Assembly (NCBI GenBank): GCA_900088475.1 | Contig: FLMG01003675.1 | Location: 1 to 64,000 of the forward strand | Direction of reading: 5' to 3' | Length of the DNA: 64,000 nucleotides | DNA from: Hyphochytrium catenoides | Lineage: Eukaryota; Protista; Hyphochytriomycota | Shown here: positions 63,141 to 64,000 of the stretch, piece by piece | How positions within the stretch are numbered: position 1 is the first letter of the stretch | Layout: every line of letters starts with the position of its first letter | Made by a program: the position numbers and the translations under genes | Notes under the pieces: model-generated | Databases searched by the model: none | Told to the model about the DNA's origin: nothing | The model's input: only the letters and a program-made list of their open reading frames with translations

Positions 63141-64000
63141 ATGTTCCTGCCCACACAGAGTCCTAGCGCCTACTTCCATAACCACTTCCGCAAGTCAGAA
63201 GCGAGGACCGTAGCTGAGCTTGGGCCGGACAGTGCTCGACATCAGGTGGTGGGCTTAGGTATGGCCGCAGGCTCGTTATCAGCTACGTTACATTTGCCAG
63301 GGCTGCTGCTTTGTCCGCTGATCCTGGCCCTGGGAAGCAAGATGGTTCGGAGAGGAGAGAACAGCTGGATGCTCCCTGTTACTCTTCTCTTTCTTCCCAT
63401 CTTAGCTCTGGCAGACCTAAAGAATGGCGATCTTCTCAGCTCCCGCCACTTGCCCGTACTAGAGATGTCTGTGGAGGAAAGTCCCGCCCTCGGACTAGAT
63501 GCTACTGAACTCAGGTCCATCGGGGACCCACCATCATGGCTTTTCGAAGAAGAGAATACTACAGATCAGGGTGAACTGGCGCTGGATAGTGTTTGTCGCT
63601 ACATATTCAATCGCGATAACATCAGTCTCGAGATGTTGGACAACTATAAGAGCTTCTTTTACTTTACGCCCTTCAACCGGGAAGTTCACGATGTGGAGGT
63701 CGAGTTTCGCACAAAAATATGCGCGAGCTTGCAACTAGAGGCCCACAGCCCCAACTGCCATCATCTAACCTGGTATGTGGGCCAGAACTTTGAGCGCCTG
63801 AAGCTCACCGAACTGATGTGCAGGAGAGACGTCTCGGCTGCCACTCTCATGCGCCTCCCACCGGCACAGGCGATGGAAATCGAGAGCACACGGCACCAAG
63901 CCGCAGCAGCCTTAGAGACAGTGCAGCTGAACCTCGTACGTCTTCTGGGCATCAACGTTTCCACGTACCAAACTACGAAGGGGGCACTGCGCGAGTTTTC
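63141..64000 (+). CDS. Open frame running off the window end; unknown, possibly secreted protein (absent from the ORF track because it has no stop)
   Basis: No stop codon from the ATG at 63141 to 64000. In-frame ATG at 63369 starts MLPVTLLFLPILALA, which resembles a signal peptide, followed by a globular Cys-containing sequence. Confidence 0.65.
   Translation, partial: MFLPTQSPSAYFHNHFRKSEARTVAELGPDSARHQVVGLGMAAGSLSATLHLPGLLLCPLILALGSKMVRRGENSWMLPVTLLFLPILALADLKNGDLLSSRHLPVLEMSVEESPALGLDATELRSIGDPPSWLFEEENTTDQGELALDSVCRYIFNRDNISLEMLDNYKSFFYFTPFNREVHDVEVEFRTKICASLQLEAHSPNCHHLTWYVGQNFERLKLTELMCRRDVSAATLMRLPPAQAMEIESTRHQAAAALETVQLNLVRLLGINVSTYQTTKGALREF

Overview
Gene-dense eukaryotic nuclear DNA with many short GT-AG introns (mostly about 50-300 nt, CTAAC/CTGAC branch sites). 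The organism is ciliated (IFT74, CFAP210-like) and most likely a stramenopile; this is an inference from the H3 '[11 protein letters not shown]' signature and oomycete-like PDZ, ZZ and Raw-like proteins. About 20 protein-coding genes can be supported: a UBL-domain gene entering from the left, a four-PDZ protein, CFAP210-like, IFT74, H4, H3, a divergent H3, an atypical H1, TMEM222, USP14, a ZZ-finger protein, BioF, RNase T2, an AIG1/rolling-stone-like membrane protein, a SYLF/Ysc84 protein, MMTAG2-like, an FHA-WDR70 fusion, a Sel1-repeat protein, SRP receptor beta, a twin Cys/His-motif protein, a Raw-like protein and an ORF running off the right end. The standout is the histone locus at 17.3-23.1 kb. 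H4 lies head-to-head with a threefold tandem (H3 -> <- H1) cassette of about 1.6-1.7 kb whose copies decayed in complementary fashion. What remains is one canonical H3, one intact but strongly divergent H3 variant (K36 and K79 lost, Q68E, longer loop 1), one H3 pseudogene, two H1 relics and one intact intron-containing Arg/Ser-rich H1 that the ORF track misses. The copies share a CCAAT element and non-canonical 3' hairpins. I found no rRNA, tRNA, CRISPR array or intact mobile element. Exon models were assembled by eye and boundaries are approximate unless stated.
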